Part shown: positions 9,920 to 19,973 of the stretch, piece by piece
Position numbering within the stretch: the stretch's first letter is position 1
How the letters are laid out: each line of letters opens with the position of its first letter
Origin: Bacteriovoracaceae bacterium
GTDB taxonomy: Bacteria > Bdellovibrionota > Bacteriovoracia > Bacteriovoracales > Bacteriovoracaceae
Assembly (NCBI GenBank): GCA_048270185.1
Contig: JBLWTJ010000001.1
Location: forward strand, 1,568,001 to 1,632,000
Direction: 5' to 3'
DNA length: 64,000 nt
Program-made: the position numbers and the translations under genes
The notes under the pieces: generated by a model
Told to the model about the DNA's origin: nothing
Seen by the model: only the letters and a program-made list of their open reading frames with translations
Databases searched by the model: none

Positions 9920-10354
9920 TTACAAATCCTTCGGCGGTTTATCACTGCTGTAGAGAATCTTCATCTTTGAATCGATAACAATCGAGCGAGGAAGTTCTGT
10001 TACATTAAGAGACTTTGAAACCTTACGATCATGATCTTCTAAAATCAGGTATGAAAACTTATGACGCTTTAAGAATTTAGTAATCTTCTTTGTCTTCTCT
10101 CCGGCATTAACGGCAATAAAGAGAGTACCTTGCTTTTCGTACTTGTTTTTTAATTCTTCAAGTTCTGGTATCTCTTGCACACAGGCCGTACACCAAGATG
10201 CCCAAAAATTAATGTAAACTTTCTTATACTTTTTCATTTCTGTCTTAAGACTGAAGGATTTATTAGTACCATAGATAGGTAGATTAAAATCTGTCACACT
10301 TTGAGAGAAAACATTGAAAGCTAAAAGACATAATAAGATAATCTTCTTCATCAT
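9920..10354 (-). CDS. TlpA-family thioredoxin-like disulfide reductase, exported
   Basis: Signal peptide; 'INFWASWCTACVQEIP'; cis-Pro motif 'LPRS'. Confidence 0.9.
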   Translation of the reverse strand: MMKKIILLCLLAFNVFSQSVTDFNLPIYGTNKSFSLKTEMKKYKKVYINFWASWCTACVQEIPELEELKNKYEKQGTLFIAVNAGEKTKKITKFLKRHKFSYLILEDHDRKVSKSLNVTELPRSIVIDSKMKILYSSDKPPKDL

Positions 10355-10360
10355 TATTTC

Positions 10361-11524
10361 CTAGAACTGAAAGCCAATTGAAGATTGGATATAGGCATAG
10401 TAGAGACCATTTGATCTCTTATATCCTGTCACACCATTCTTCCAAGTAATATCATCAAAGTCCACACCGTAAATATTCTTAGCATTATAGTGATTTGTTA
10501 ACATAAAGCTCATCTCATAGGCGTCAAAGTCTTCAAGATCAGAATCACTTGTCATAAAATCTTCACTCGTTGCAAACATATCTTTATAATATTCGACACT
10601 TGATTGAGAGTGATATCTAAATGCCACTTCGAAAAAATCTTCGTCGTCATTAATCTCTTTCAAGAAAGCTAAGCGAATTGTATGAGCATCAAGATCCCAT
10701 TGATCAAAGTAGTAACGGTATGAAAAATTCATGGCCATCTCTTCATTAAAACCATGTACCCAACGAGTTGAAATAGCATAACGATCTCTTACATCTGGAA
10801 GTACTTCAACTTGTCTGACTCCACCAACGACAACTGAACTTGCCGTAGATTCTAAGTACCCATCAGCGTGAACATAAGTTAAACCAATTTGTGCGATATC
10901 ACGACGAGTGAGAATTTGTGAAGCCGTTAGACTTGTGGCTAAAATCTTTCGAGATAGGTCTTCAGAAATTGTTGCTGTTGCAGGTGTACTTAAATCTTCA
11001 AAGAGACTAACGGTATCGTCATAGTATTGAATACCAAGACCTAGTGTGAAGTTATCCTTGGCCATCGACCTTTCTATACTTAGATTTCCATTAAGTGATT
11101 TGTAATCATATTCGGAAGAAAATCCAATTCCACCACTTAGTGTCCAATCACCAATTTCCTTTGTTACTCCAACATTACCTGATAGTCGAGACTGACCGCC
11201 ACGCCCTGGTCCACTTGCCCCAGTTGCACCATCAAGTTTTGTATCTGAAGCTGCTGTCCAAAAGTCGAAGACAAAGTGTGCTTTAATTGCAGTATCTTCT
11301 GTGATTTGATGTTCAACAAAGAGCATCGGCTCAATAACATTGGCCTCTTCCTTTCCTGAGTTATCAAAAACCTGCTTCCCGTCATCACTATTTTGATGGT
11401 AGAGATTAAAGAGAAATTTAAATTTAGTTTTTCCTTCTTCTATCATTTTACCAAATGAATTTCTTGCTGAAAGTATAAGAAGAATAAGAGTAAGTAGAAT
11501 TCTTTTAAACTTAGTTACAACCAC
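10361..11524 (-). CDS. DUF3570-like outer-membrane beta-barrel protein
   Basis: Context between DUF4266 and TlpA/ApbE; 'SSEYDYKS', 'LPDVRDR', 'YRYYFDQWDLDAHT', 'RYHSQS', 'SDSDL'; terminal Phe. Start moved to the GTG overlapping the DUF4266 end (ORF-track start 11671 overlaps the whole upstream gene). Confidence 0.78.
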   Translation of the reverse strand: MVVTKFKRILLTLILLILSARNSFGKMIEEGKTKFKFLFNLYHQNSDDGKQVFDNSGKEEANVIEPMLFVEHQITEDTAIKAHFVFDFWTAASDTKLDGATGASGPGRGGQSRLSGNVGVTKEIGDWTLSGGIGFSSEYDYKSLNGNLSIERSMAKDNFTLGLGIQYYDDTVSLFEDLSTPATATISEDLSRKILATSLTASQILTRRDIAQIGLTYVHADGYLESTASSVVVGGVRQVEVLPDVRDRYAISTRWVHGFNEEMAMNFSYRYYFDQWDLDAHTIRLAFLKEINDDEDFFEVAFRYHSQSSVEYYKDMFATSEDFMTSDSDLEDFDAYEMSFMLTNHYNAKNIYGVDFDDITWKNGVTGYKRSNGLYYAYIQSSIGFQF

Positions 11525-11714
11525 AACCACCTCCAACAGCAGCACTTCCACCGACAGCACCTTCTCTAAAGGCATGTACTTCTTCTTGGAAGACGCTTTC
11601 TTCAGGATGAGGATTAAGTTGCATAATTTTCTTTGATAAGAGACCTCGATCGATTTGATCAACGTTTGCACAAGACGCTAATAATAACAAAATCAGTAAT
11701 GTATATTTCTTCAT
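11511..11714 (-). CDS. DUF4266-like small lipoprotein
   Basis: Lipobox 'LASC'; hallmark C-terminus 'REGAVGGSAAVGGGCGCN'. Confidence 0.85.
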   Translation of the reverse strand: MKKYTLLILLLLASCANVDQIDRGLLSKKIMQLNPHPEESVFQEEVHAFREGAVGGSAAVGGGCGCN

Positions 11715-11787
11715 AAAAATCCTTTTTTAGTATTTTAGATGTGAATTAAGGATCTTTTCAACAATACAAAAGTTTGAATCACACAAC

Positions 11788-11817
11788 AGTAAATACTTGA
11801 TTACTCAAGTATTTACT
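11788..11817. terminator. Perfect 13-bp inverted repeat at the end of the 11813-13153 gene
   Basis: AGTAAATACTTGA-TTAC-TCAAGTATTTACT. Confidence 0.45.
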
Positions 11818-13153
11818 TTGGCGTCAGTGGACAAAGAGCATCAAGGACGAGTGAAGATGTCTTTGAGTAATTATCAAACCAAGCACATTCTTTTAAATCA
11901 CGGTAAGGATTAGATAAGAATAAAGAACCAGTAAGCTTCTTACTACAAAGAGCAATCGAGTTTTCGGCACCATTAATTAACTCATCTAACTTAGTTTGCA
12001 AGTTCTTTAGTGCTTCTTCGGATAGAATCTGATGAATTTGACTAAGAGGAACCCCCGTTCCATCTGGGTCAAGGTGATTAACAAAGAGTTGATTTGGATT
12101 CTGACGATTAAGAGGATAATCACGAAGCATCTGCCTACGACATACATCGAATCGGTCAACAATAGAAGTTTCATACTGAGAAGCATCCCCCATCATACGG
12201 GCCACTTCGATATTACGATAGAAATTAAACCACTGCCTACGATCAGGCTCCGTTGGAATAGGTAGTTTTGAATTTCGTTTTAGGTATTCAAAGAATGCAT
12301 TTTGAAATTCATCGTTATATCCCCAAGGTGTATATTCCATGGCCATATTAAGTCCCGCATCTGACGAAAGCATGGCCGATTTAATCTGTATTAAGAGTTT
12401 TCTAAACTGTTCAATATCTCTTAAATTTTGAATGGGAATTGTTAATGGATTAAGTCCTCTAAACTCTGCGTAGAGCACAGCTCTACGATTAGCTAGCTCA
12501 CGATTGAGTTCAGCTCTAATCTTAGGCTCAAGACTTGAGTCAAATAATCGAATATAAGTTTCGAGAAGATTCACAAATGACGTGTCATTTCCATCGGCAT
12601 CACGATTAAAGACTATATTAAACCAAGCTCCTGCATACTTATCGACAGAATTAACGTAACCACTGGCACATAACTCACCAAAGGAAAAGAAGTCGCCCGT
12701 TGTAATTAATTGCTTATAACGATCTTGTAAACTCACATAGTCCGTATCCCTTTCTCGCATAAATGTTGTCTTATGAAGCACCACTTGGACAGCACTTGAA
12801 ACTTTTTGATCTTGTTTCTTCAAGATAGCATCGACATGACTATTATAAATATTATTAAAATATTGACTAAAGAATGGATTATAAATAATCGTGCCCTGTA
12901 CTTTTTGTTCGACATTAAGTGAAATATTCGACTGCAAGGTTCCTTTAAAACCTTCTAAATCAAAGCAACTATTCGACTGTTTAAAAAGTCTTCTTGAAAA
13001 TCCATCGAGGAGTTTTAAATGTCCTTCTATTTGATTAACTCTAGGATCATCAATATAGAGAGAAGAGTGAAAATTTTCTTCAAAAGGAGAAGCCACAGTT
13101 GTGACTCCTCCAAAAAGATAAGTAAGTATAAGAAAATTAAATAGTGCTTTCAT
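11813..13153 (-). CDS. Secreted hypothetical protein, divergent paralog of the upstream gene (MACPF-like?)
   Basis: Signal peptide; motifs co-linear with the upstream protein (IDDPRV/IKDNRL, GDFFSFGELCASGYVNSV/GDVVGFFDSCGPYYVRSI, MEYTPW/MEVAPW, LDALC/LDNYC). Confidence 0.6.
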   Translation of the reverse strand: MKALFNFLILTYLFGGVTTVASPFEENFHSSLYIDDPRVNQIEGHLKLLDGFSRRLFKQSNSCFDLEGFKGTLQSNISLNVEQKVQGTIIYNPFFSQYFNNIYNSHVDAILKKQDQKVSSAVQVVLHKTTFMRERDTDYVSLQDRYKQLITTGDFFSFGELCASGYVNSVDKYAGAWFNIVFNRDADGNDTSFVNLLETYIRLFDSSLEPKIRAELNRELANRRAVLYAEFRGLNPLTIPIQNLRDIEQFRKLLIQIKSAMLSSDAGLNMAMEYTPWGYNDEFQNAFFEYLKRNSKLPIPTEPDRRQWFNFYRNIEVARMMGDASQYETSIVDRFDVCRRQMLRDYPLNRQNPNQLFVNHLDPDGTGVPLSQIHQILSEEALKNLQTKLDELINGAENSIALCSKKLTGSLFLSNPYRDLKECAWFDNYSKTSSLVLDALCPLTPK

Positions 13154-14550
13154 TAGACTTCTTCATCCTCAATTACAACACGTGATAATTCAGGCATACA
13201 GTAATTATCAAGAAGAGGTGAAATCGGTACACTTGTTGTTCTAGCATCTAAGCATGCAGGAATATTTCTAAAGTGAACGGTATCAATCCCACCTTCATGA
13301 ATGGCCTTGATACAAGCAATGGCACCTGTCTCAGGTTCTGGTGTTGGTTCGGCCTGTCCATAATTAAAAATATAATTAGCAGTTAAATACTCTTCTACTT
13401 TTTCACTTGATAAAACAGAATCAAAAGAAGCTAGTGAAATTTCTTCACTTTGACGATTTGGTTGAGTTAAACTTGAAAAGAATGTATTTTCTGGATCAAA
13501 ACCTCCGTTGAAGTCGTCTTCAACATTTAAGTATTGATCTTCCAGAATTCGACGACAATTACTGGCCTTAAAATATTGGTCGATTTGGGCACGATCAATT
13601 CGATCAAGCTCACTAATAATCTCAGCATTGGCCTCTAGTGTTTTCTTCTTTTCAAAAAGAAGCTTACCTTCTTCATCTTCGAGCTCTAGCAAATCTTGAA
13701 ATTGTGTATTCTCTATCCAAGGTGCTACTTCCATCGAAGTGATTCGACCTGCATTAGGGTCTTGCATAGTCTTAACAACATCTCTAATTGAATCTTTGAA
13801 GCTATCAATATCTGTTGGAATAATATCAGCTAGCTCGCCTTTACCAAGTCCGTAGGCCCAAATATTAATTTCAAGGCGTTTCTCTTGAGTTGATTGTCTA
13901 AATTCATTTGAAATAGAAGTATCCGTTGAACCACCAGAGAAAAATCCACGCATCTTAGCTTTTAGTTTTAGCTCAAAGTTCACATCCCTTTCACTTGAAG
14001 TTGTACGATAGCGAAGAAGACCTAAGAAGCTTGAGTGACGGCCAATAGAGCGAACATAATATGGTCCACAAGAATCAAAAAAACCGACAACATCACCTTT
14101 AGTTAGTAGGCTTTGAGCACTCTCGCTTAATTTACTCTCACCTTCAGATAGGGAATGATAGTAACTATCCACATCAATATCTGCAAAGATATAGTGATAG
14201 TGGTAAGTCGTATTACCTGAGACTTCAGTAAAGACATTTACATTTGACTTAAGGAAGAGAAATTTGAAGCTATTCTTTGTTTCAAATGTTGTACGATATT
14301 CATTCTCCCAGTCTTGTTCAATTTCAAGATAGCGGTACTTAAGATCATATGATGGTTGTGTTGTTTTAACTTCCCCCATACACGTACTCTGATAAGTATT
14401 TGTCGCAATCGAATAGCCACGACCTAGAACAGGTGAGACTCCTAAGTCATTTAGCCTGTTATCTTTTATCACTCGCGAAGAAGCAAGTGTACTTACGGCA
14501 CTTGTGGCCAGTAACGACAACGCCATTGTCGTTTTCAATAGTTTTTTCAC
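13153..14550 (-). CDS. Secreted hypothetical protein with MACPF/CDC-like motifs
   Basis: GTG start at 14550 behind GGGAGG; signal peptide; 'LGRGY...C' and 'FFDSCGPYYVRSI' echo MACPF motifs. Confidence 0.6.
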   Translation of the reverse strand: MKKLLKTTMALSLLATSAVSTLASSRVIKDNRLNDLGVSPVLGRGYSIATNTYQSTCMGEVKTTQPSYDLKYRYLEIEQDWENEYRTTFETKNSFKFLFLKSNVNVFTEVSGNTTYHYHYIFADIDVDSYYHSLSEGESKLSESAQSLLTKGDVVGFFDSCGPYYVRSIGRHSSFLGLLRYRTTSSERDVNFELKLKAKMRGFFSGGSTDTSISNEFRQSTQEKRLEINIWAYGLGKGELADIIPTDIDSFKDSIRDVVKTMQDPNAGRITSMEVAPWIENTQFQDLLELEDEEGKLLFEKKKTLEANAEIISELDRIDRAQIDQYFKASNCRRILEDQYLNVEDDFNGGFDPENTFFSSLTQPNRQSEEISLASFDSVLSSEKVEEYLTANYIFNYGQAEPTPEPETGAIACIKAIHEGGIDTVHFRNIPACLDARTTSVPISPLLDNYCMPELSRVVIEDEEV

Positions 14551-14673
14551 ATATCCTCCCTTGATATATTGTTTCAAAAAACTCTCAATAAAATATGCTT
14601 AATAAAAATCGCAAACGGAACTGATGTCAATTTAAGGAAGAGTAAAAATGTATTTAAGGAAAACTGAAGAAAT

Positions 14674-14762
14674 AAAAAAGGCCCTTGCGGATGCAAGGAC
14701 CTCTTTAATGTTCACAGACAGTAGCTGCAAACTGAGCAGTCATCCAGAGGATTCCTACCGTC
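14674..14762 (-). ncRNA. Candidate small structured RNA or attenuated leader with its own terminator
   Basis: Minus strand: extended -10 TGCTAAGAT (14774-14766), stem GACGGTAG/CTACTGTC enclosing two small hairpins, then AGGTCCTTGC-ATCC-GCAAGGGCCT plus T-run; no minus-strand ORF feeds this terminator. Confidence 0.5.
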
Positions 14763-14897
14763 TTTATCTTAGCACCAAAACATGTTCAGGTGTCTTTTTC
14801 CGAGGTAAATTTTTATTCGTTCTCCCCTATGAATACTTGCTTGAAATGACAGTTTAACTTAAAATTATTGAATAATATGCCAACTGGGGAGAGGATA

Positions 14898-15641
14898 ATG
14901 TTTAAGCTTCTAGTCATCATATCGATGCTATTTTTTACATCATGTGCAACAAAAGTTCACGGCCTTCAAAAATCTGCTGACTTCAACTACACAAGTGTTG
15001 TTAGTGGGAAAATTTTAATTGGAGGAATTGTTCACACCAATGAAGAATGGGATTATAAGAAGAAAATTAGTATGGCCAATACATTTAAGACAGAGATCAG
15101 AGAAGAGCGTCGTGATATTCGCGTCGACAATGCAGGGTTTCTTGTCAAGAGAGTTGGACGTGGCATTTATCGTGAGATGTTAAGAGAGATTTCAGAAGAT
15201 GGATTCTTATCTGATGCCAATATAGAATTACTTGCAAAGTCAGTTAAGAAGTATCGCTACGTAGTTTTTGGGCGTATTGAAAATGATCGTGTCCAAAACT
15301 CAAGAAACGAAAGTGAAGTTCTTGATAGCCAGGGAAAAGCAACAGGCCGTCGTGAGGTAAAAGCACTTAGTCAACGCGATATGGATATTAACTTCCTTGT
15401 TTACGATTTAACAACAAAAACTCAGTCATGGAATGGAGTTATCAAGAAGTACGCACAAAATGAGCACAAGTACCTTCTTGAGAAAGAAACAAATTTAGGA
15501 AAAATCATTGATCTCTTTGCTGGAGTGAAATCACAAGATGATATGAATAAGAAGTACCCATTCCCTAAAGCACCTACTGATCGAAAGATTCTTGTTCAGG
15601 CCTTTAGAGGATTTGCTGAAAACTTACCTGAAAAAGATTAA
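14898..15641 (+). CDS. Lipoprotein, hypothetical
   Basis: ATG 14898 behind GAGAGG; lipobox 'FTSC'. Confidence 0.7.
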   Translation: MFKLLVIISMLFFTSCATKVHGLQKSADFNYTSVVSGKILIGGIVHTNEEWDYKKKISMANTFKTEIREERRDIRVDNAGFLVKRVGRGIYREMLREISEDGFLSDANIELLAKSVKKYRYVVFGRIENDRVQNSRNESEVLDSQGKATGRREVKALSQRDMDINFLVYDLTTKTQSWNGVIKKYAQNEHKYLLEKETNLGKIIDLFAGVKSQDDMNKKYPFPKAPTDRKILVQAFRGFAENLPEKD

Positions 15642-15659
15642 AAACAATATAAAGGAAGG

Positions 15660-15914
15660 ATGAAGATGGAAAATATAAATATTATAACTTTTCTTGGATG
15701 GTGCACTGTCATTAACTTCATCCTTCTACTTGTTGCTGCGATTGCAGTTATCTTCCTACAGGGTCCTATCTCAAAAATACACTCTAAGTTATTTGATATT
15801 AAAGAAAAAAAGATCCGTCTTTCTTATTATAATTTTCTTGCAAATTATAAGATGCTCATCATTGTCTTTAATCTTGTCCCCTATATTGCTTTAAAAATTA
15901 TTACCACGCCTTAA
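15660..15914 (+). CDS. Small two-TM membrane protein (DUF6868-like)
   Basis: 'FLGWCTVIN...HSKLF...Y..LANYKMLIIVFNLVPYIAL'. Confidence 0.7.
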   Translation: MKMENINIITFLGWCTVINFILLLVAAIAVIFLQGPISKIHSKLFDIKEKKIRLSYYNFLANYKMLIIVFNLVPYIALKIITTP

Positions 15915-16815
15915 CAACGACAGTAATAACATCGAGATAATTTCCTGCTTCAGCATTTTGAGGGACAGTCCCTAACTCCACATAGAGTGGATAATTTTCA
16001 GCATTTTGTGAAGTTCCTGTATTTCGCTGAAACATATAAGTCTCTTGCCCTGCTGCTAAACTAGTATAGTTCGTTGGTCCAACTTTCACTTGATAAGGTA
16101 CTTCAGTAGGGCCATTAACTAATTTAGATCCATTTTGCGATGTCATATAAACACCAAATCCAACATTACCTTTAACATTCAAGGAAGCTGATTTAGTATC
16201 GCCACTTGTGAGATTGCCGAAGTCCATCACATATTGAGTCGCACTAGGATCATGAGCGCCATTTAAAGGTACTAAACTTAGCTCAGCGTAACGAGGAATA
16301 ATCAGCTGTAGATAAAAATAAGCTGTCGTTTGATATTCAAGATCACCATTACTCTTAATATTATAAAAGCTAACCTGGAGATTATCTCCAAAATATCCAG
16401 TCCCTGTTGTAAAGACAGTATCTAAATCAACCTGTTTTACATAAAATGAAAAGTTATAGTTAGAATTATCATTAATGAGATCACCTTGAATGTACTCATT
16501 TGCTTGAACAGCATCAGCGCTATCTTTTAAGACACTAGAAAGAGAACTGTCACTATAGAGATTATATGGAATAGACTGTCCATTACCAAATGCTTGGCGA
16601 TTGTAGCTACCAGCTCCCCCCATACTAAAGAAGGCACGAAAGTTTTCGCAATTCTTACTCTTTGATCCTCTCTTAATTGAAAAAGAATGAGATACAGCTT
16701 GGACTGAATTAGATATTGTTCCAACAAAATTACCAAGACTAATCGTATAATCACAATTAAGTGCTGTTGCCTGTCGCCCGACAAGTAATGAAAGTATAAA
16801 AATAATCTTCTTCAT
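15901..16815 (-). CDS. Two-domain spore-coat-U/Csu-type pilus tip adhesin (CsuE-like)
   Basis: Signal peptide, Cys pair, 'IPYNLYSD', C-terminal 'AGNYLDVITVVV' pilin strand; last gene of the usher operon. Confidence 0.8.
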   Translation of the reverse strand: MKKIIFILSLLVGRQATALNCDYTISLGNFVGTISNSVQAVSHSFSIKRGSKSKNCENFRAFFSMGGAGSYNRQAFGNGQSIPYNLYSDSSLSSVLKDSADAVQANEYIQGDLINDNSNYNFSFYVKQVDLDTVFTTGTGYFGDNLQVSFYNIKSNGDLEYQTTAYFYLQLIIPRYAELSLVPLNGAHDPSATQYVMDFGNLTSGDTKSASLNVKGNVGFGVYMTSQNGSKLVNGPTEVPYQVKVGPTNYTSLAAGQETYMFQRNTGTSQNAENYPLYVELGTVPQNAEAGNYLDVITVVVKAW

Positions 16816-16822
16816 TCCATAC

Positions 16823-19231
16823 CTACTTTATTTCAATAATTCCAAGATTGATAAGTCCTTTCTTTTCTTTTCCAACATCAATATATTCAACTTCTTTCCC
16901 ACTTACCTTTAAAAGATTGATATCTTCAGTAACCCCATCAACGAAGAAGAACCCATCTCGATCAGTAAAGAAGATTCGATCACCAAACTGACAGATCTCA
17001 AGTGCTACTGGTTTACCATCTCGTCTTAAATGTCCTGAAATACTTCTAACACCATTCTCTTTAAGTTCAATCAAGTGACCTGACTTATAAGTAGGATGCA
17101 GAACAAATTTTTCCTGCTCTAGACTTGAGCCATAATCCATTAGGCTAGGATCAACTTGAACCTCACGATACTGGTAAGGCACAAGATCAACAATAGCAGG
17201 CTCACCGAAAGCAGGACTTAGGGTTGATGCATAGATTGATGTTGTACGAATGGCCAATGGCTGTCGACTTAACTCATCTGAAGTTTTAAATATTGCAAAG
17301 CTTTGATTATTCGTACGGGCCTGAGAAAATGCGAATCCGTCTTTATATGCAAATAAGCTCGTTGTTGAAAAACCAAAGCCATATTGACGAAAGTTGCGAT
17401 CATCATCTCGAGCATAAGCAGCTCTAAGATATAAATCTGCCATTGGAGCAGGAGTGGTAGAAGAAATACTAGCACGAGTGTTGTTACCACTGTTATCAAC
17501 AGAGACGGTATAGCGAGGAACATAAATCTTATTACTATTATCTTGAGTAAAAGATATACGGCTATTATCATTTTCAACATCACGTTGAATATTTACATAT
17601 TGATTTCTCTTATCAAATGACCAAGTTAAAAAAGCCGACAATGAGTTAATGTGTTGGTTTTGACTATCCTCTGAACGTGAAGCATAAACACTTAAGTTGA
17701 TATTGTAAGTTGGGTTAAAACTGATTGAGGCACGATAGAAGTCACGATCCTTATTCATCGAGTCTCGATAGACAGAAGCTCCACCACCTAAATTCACATA
17801 CAATTTTCCAAACAAAGGAAAAGAAAGATTTAATATCGAGTTATGCTTTAAGAAGCCTGAATTATCATCAACACTATATTGAAAGCGGTTGTCGAAGTAT
17901 TCGTAACGAGTAGAGATCGACATACCTTTAAGATAGTTGCCAATAATATCCTGCAGTTCCCATGATACTGCACTTGCAATACCGTTATTACTTGCTAATT
18001 CATTATGAGAGTATGCATTTCCTAAAAAGAAATTTCCATACTTAGTACTAAAGCTATTTGAAATACCTGTTAGTCTAAATTTATCATCACTTTGATGATA
18101 ACCAGCTAAGGAATAATTATCTGTAAATCCATATTGTAGAAAACCACTTGAAAAATCCTCATCAAAATACTTTCGGCTTTTCCCACTATCATCAATCTTT
18201 CGTCCATGTGACAGAGAGTAATCAAACTCTCCTTTTTTTAGAATCGATAAGGAGATTGGAATATTGAATTCCAGAATTTCATTCTGTCCAACACCATCAT
18301 CTATTTCAACACGTATATTATTTAATCCACTAACTAAAGGCAGGCGAGATAATTTATAATTTCCAGCAGGAAGTATTTCATCTTTAACAAGACTTCCGTT
18401 TATATAAGTTTTTACCTTAGACCTTCTTACAATTTGAAATTCTTTTTCACCTTGTGAATATGACTTTGTATATGGATCAATATTGAATTCTTTTTTTACG
18501 TTAATACCACCAATGTATTTTGCACGCATAAAAGAATAGCCACGACTTGTTGTATCTCCAACACGAAGCCTTGTCCTTTGATCTTCAAAATCTTTTGTTA
18601 AATTGAAGTCTCTCCTTCGCCAATACTCTTCTTTTATCGGAGTACGATTCTTTATAAAGAAACCATCCATTTCAAGAACGAGACTATTGAAGTTAAAGAA
18701 TGTATTAAAGTTTACTGAGAAGTTATCACCACCAAGAAAATCGTCACCATAGTTCTTATCAACATAGTAGTTAATACTTCCTGCAAATGGAGCCGGCCCT
18801 ATTTTGGAATCACGGTATTTAAGATGAAGGTTATCTTCTAAAGAATAAAATATTGGTTTAAGCTCATTTGTAGGTAACTCTAAAGTCAGTCGTAATAAGT
18901 TTGTATTGTAATTAATTGCATAAGGAATCTTATCCGCATCAATCCACTTTTGACCGAGACTAATTCTTTGGTAAACACTATCTTTTATTATGACTCTTAA
19001 GTTACGATCAAGTGAGCTACTCTCATATGCAACGACCTTTGTTCCTTGAATTTTTACTGGGACATCACCAATGAACTTTCCATGAACAAATAGCTGCAGC
19101 TTCGTTTCATTGACGATTTTTCCAAAGACACTCTCAAATAATTGCGTATTATTCTTATCTTGAGCAAAAGATCGACTTGATAGAACCAACAAAAGTGAAA
19201 TTAAATAGTAAAGAGTCTTTTTACTCATCAA
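16823..19231 (-). CDS. Fimbrial outer-membrane usher (CsuD/PapC-like)
   Basis: 802 aa, signal peptide, 'RLRVGD', 'LPAGNY', 'GLNNI', 'LKKGEFDYS', 'YGFTD', 'FFTDRDGFF'. Confidence 0.88.
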   Translation of the reverse strand: MMSKKTLYYLISLLLVLSSRSFAQDKNNTQLFESVFGKIVNETKLQLFVHGKFIGDVPVKIQGTKVVAYESSSLDRNLRVIIKDSVYQRISLGQKWIDADKIPYAINYNTNLLRLTLELPTNELKPIFYSLEDNLHLKYRDSKIGPAPFAGSINYYVDKNYGDDFLGGDNFSVNFNTFFNFNSLVLEMDGFFIKNRTPIKEEYWRRRDFNLTKDFEDQRTRLRVGDTTSRGYSFMRAKYIGGINVKKEFNIDPYTKSYSQGEKEFQIVRRSKVKTYINGSLVKDEILPAGNYKLSRLPLVSGLNNIRVEIDDGVGQNEILEFNIPISLSILKKGEFDYSLSHGRKIDDSGKSRKYFDEDFSSGFLQYGFTDNYSLAGYHQSDDKFRLTGISNSFSTKYGNFFLGNAYSHNELASNNGIASAVSWELQDIIGNYLKGMSISTRYEYFDNRFQYSVDDNSGFLKHNSILNLSFPLFGKLYVNLGGGASVYRDSMNKDRDFYRASISFNPTYNINLSVYASRSEDSQNQHINSLSAFLTWSFDKRNQYVNIQRDVENDNSRISFTQDNSNKIYVPRYTVSVDNSGNNTRASISSTTPAPMADLYLRAAYARDDDRNFRQYGFGFSTTSLFAYKDGFAFSQARTNNQSFAIFKTSDELSRQPLAIRTTSIYASTLSPAFGEPAIVDLVPYQYREVQVDPSLMDYGSSLEQEKFVLHPTYKSGHLIELKENGVRSISGHLRRDGKPVALEICQFGDRIFFTDRDGFFFVDGVTEDINLLKVSGKEVEYIDVGKEKKGLINLGIIEIK

Positions 19232-19922
19232 AAGTTATACTTCCTCTATACTCTTCTGGAATCTTTCTCTTAATATCAATATCAAAATAGCGTTTTGACT
19301 TGGCCAAGATATTCTGCCCCTCAAGTTTTACTAAAGAGTCTTTAGAAAGCGTAATACTATCCTTACCATTATTAAAACTGATCTTAACGTTCCTTAGGTA
19401 TTGATGACGACTTCCCTTATTTTCAAGATATATTCTTAATTTCTTATCATTTTTAAATTTAGAAATGATGACATCAGACTTTGTCTTACCTGGGTTTACA
19501 TAGAGAACATTCATATACTTTAAAAGCATTTTAATACCGCCGCGATTTTTCATGCCTTTCTTTTTTACATTTATTGGTACTTGCTCAGCAACTATGCGAT
19601 ATGCCTTTTCATGTTCCAAAGTACTTGGCCCAGTCCAATCTACACGTATTGATTTCTTTTCACCTGGTGAAACAATCAACTGAGGAGGAAATACTTTAAT
19701 TTCGTTAGCAATAGGAAGGCTTTCTGTACCATCCTCTTTTTGAATTCTTTCGAATACCTTAACTGTTACCGGAATGATTTCTTTTGAACTATTTTCAATA
19801 TGAAATAATATTGTCTTCTGCCCTTCATTCAAATCAATAGTCTGACTCATAGGACGAAAACTAAATGAGAATAAAAGAGGTAATATTAATAATAGACCTA
19901 GAAACTTCAATAATCCCTCCAT
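19221..19922 (-). CDS. Periplasmic pilus chaperone (CsuC/PapD-like)
   Basis: 'VFPPQLIVSPGEKKSIRV', 'EKAYRIVAEQVP', 'LENKG..H', 'NILAKSKRYF'. Confidence 0.88.
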   Translation of the reverse strand: MEGLLKFLGLLLILPLLFSFSFRPMSQTIDLNEGQKTILFHIENSSKEIIPVTVKVFERIQKEDGTESLPIANEIKVFPPQLIVSPGEKKSIRVDWTGPSTLEHEKAYRIVAEQVPINVKKKGMKNRGGIKMLLKYMNVLYVNPGKTKSDVIISKFKNDKKLRIYLENKGSRHQYLRNVKISFNNGKDSITLSKDSLVKLEGQNILAKSKRYFDIDIKRKIPEEYRGSITFDE

Positions 19923-19973
19923 GCATATTGAAAAGTACTCATCTATTATATATGAATTTTGTCTATTAGGTCT

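Noticed and set aside
11525..11671. N-terminal extension of the DUF3570 ORF in the ORF track
   Set aside because: Overlaps the DUF4266 gene in another frame and buries the signal peptide
14648..14857. 69-aa plus-strand ORF
   Set aside because: No recognisable features; runs antisense across a terminator and structured RNA candidate
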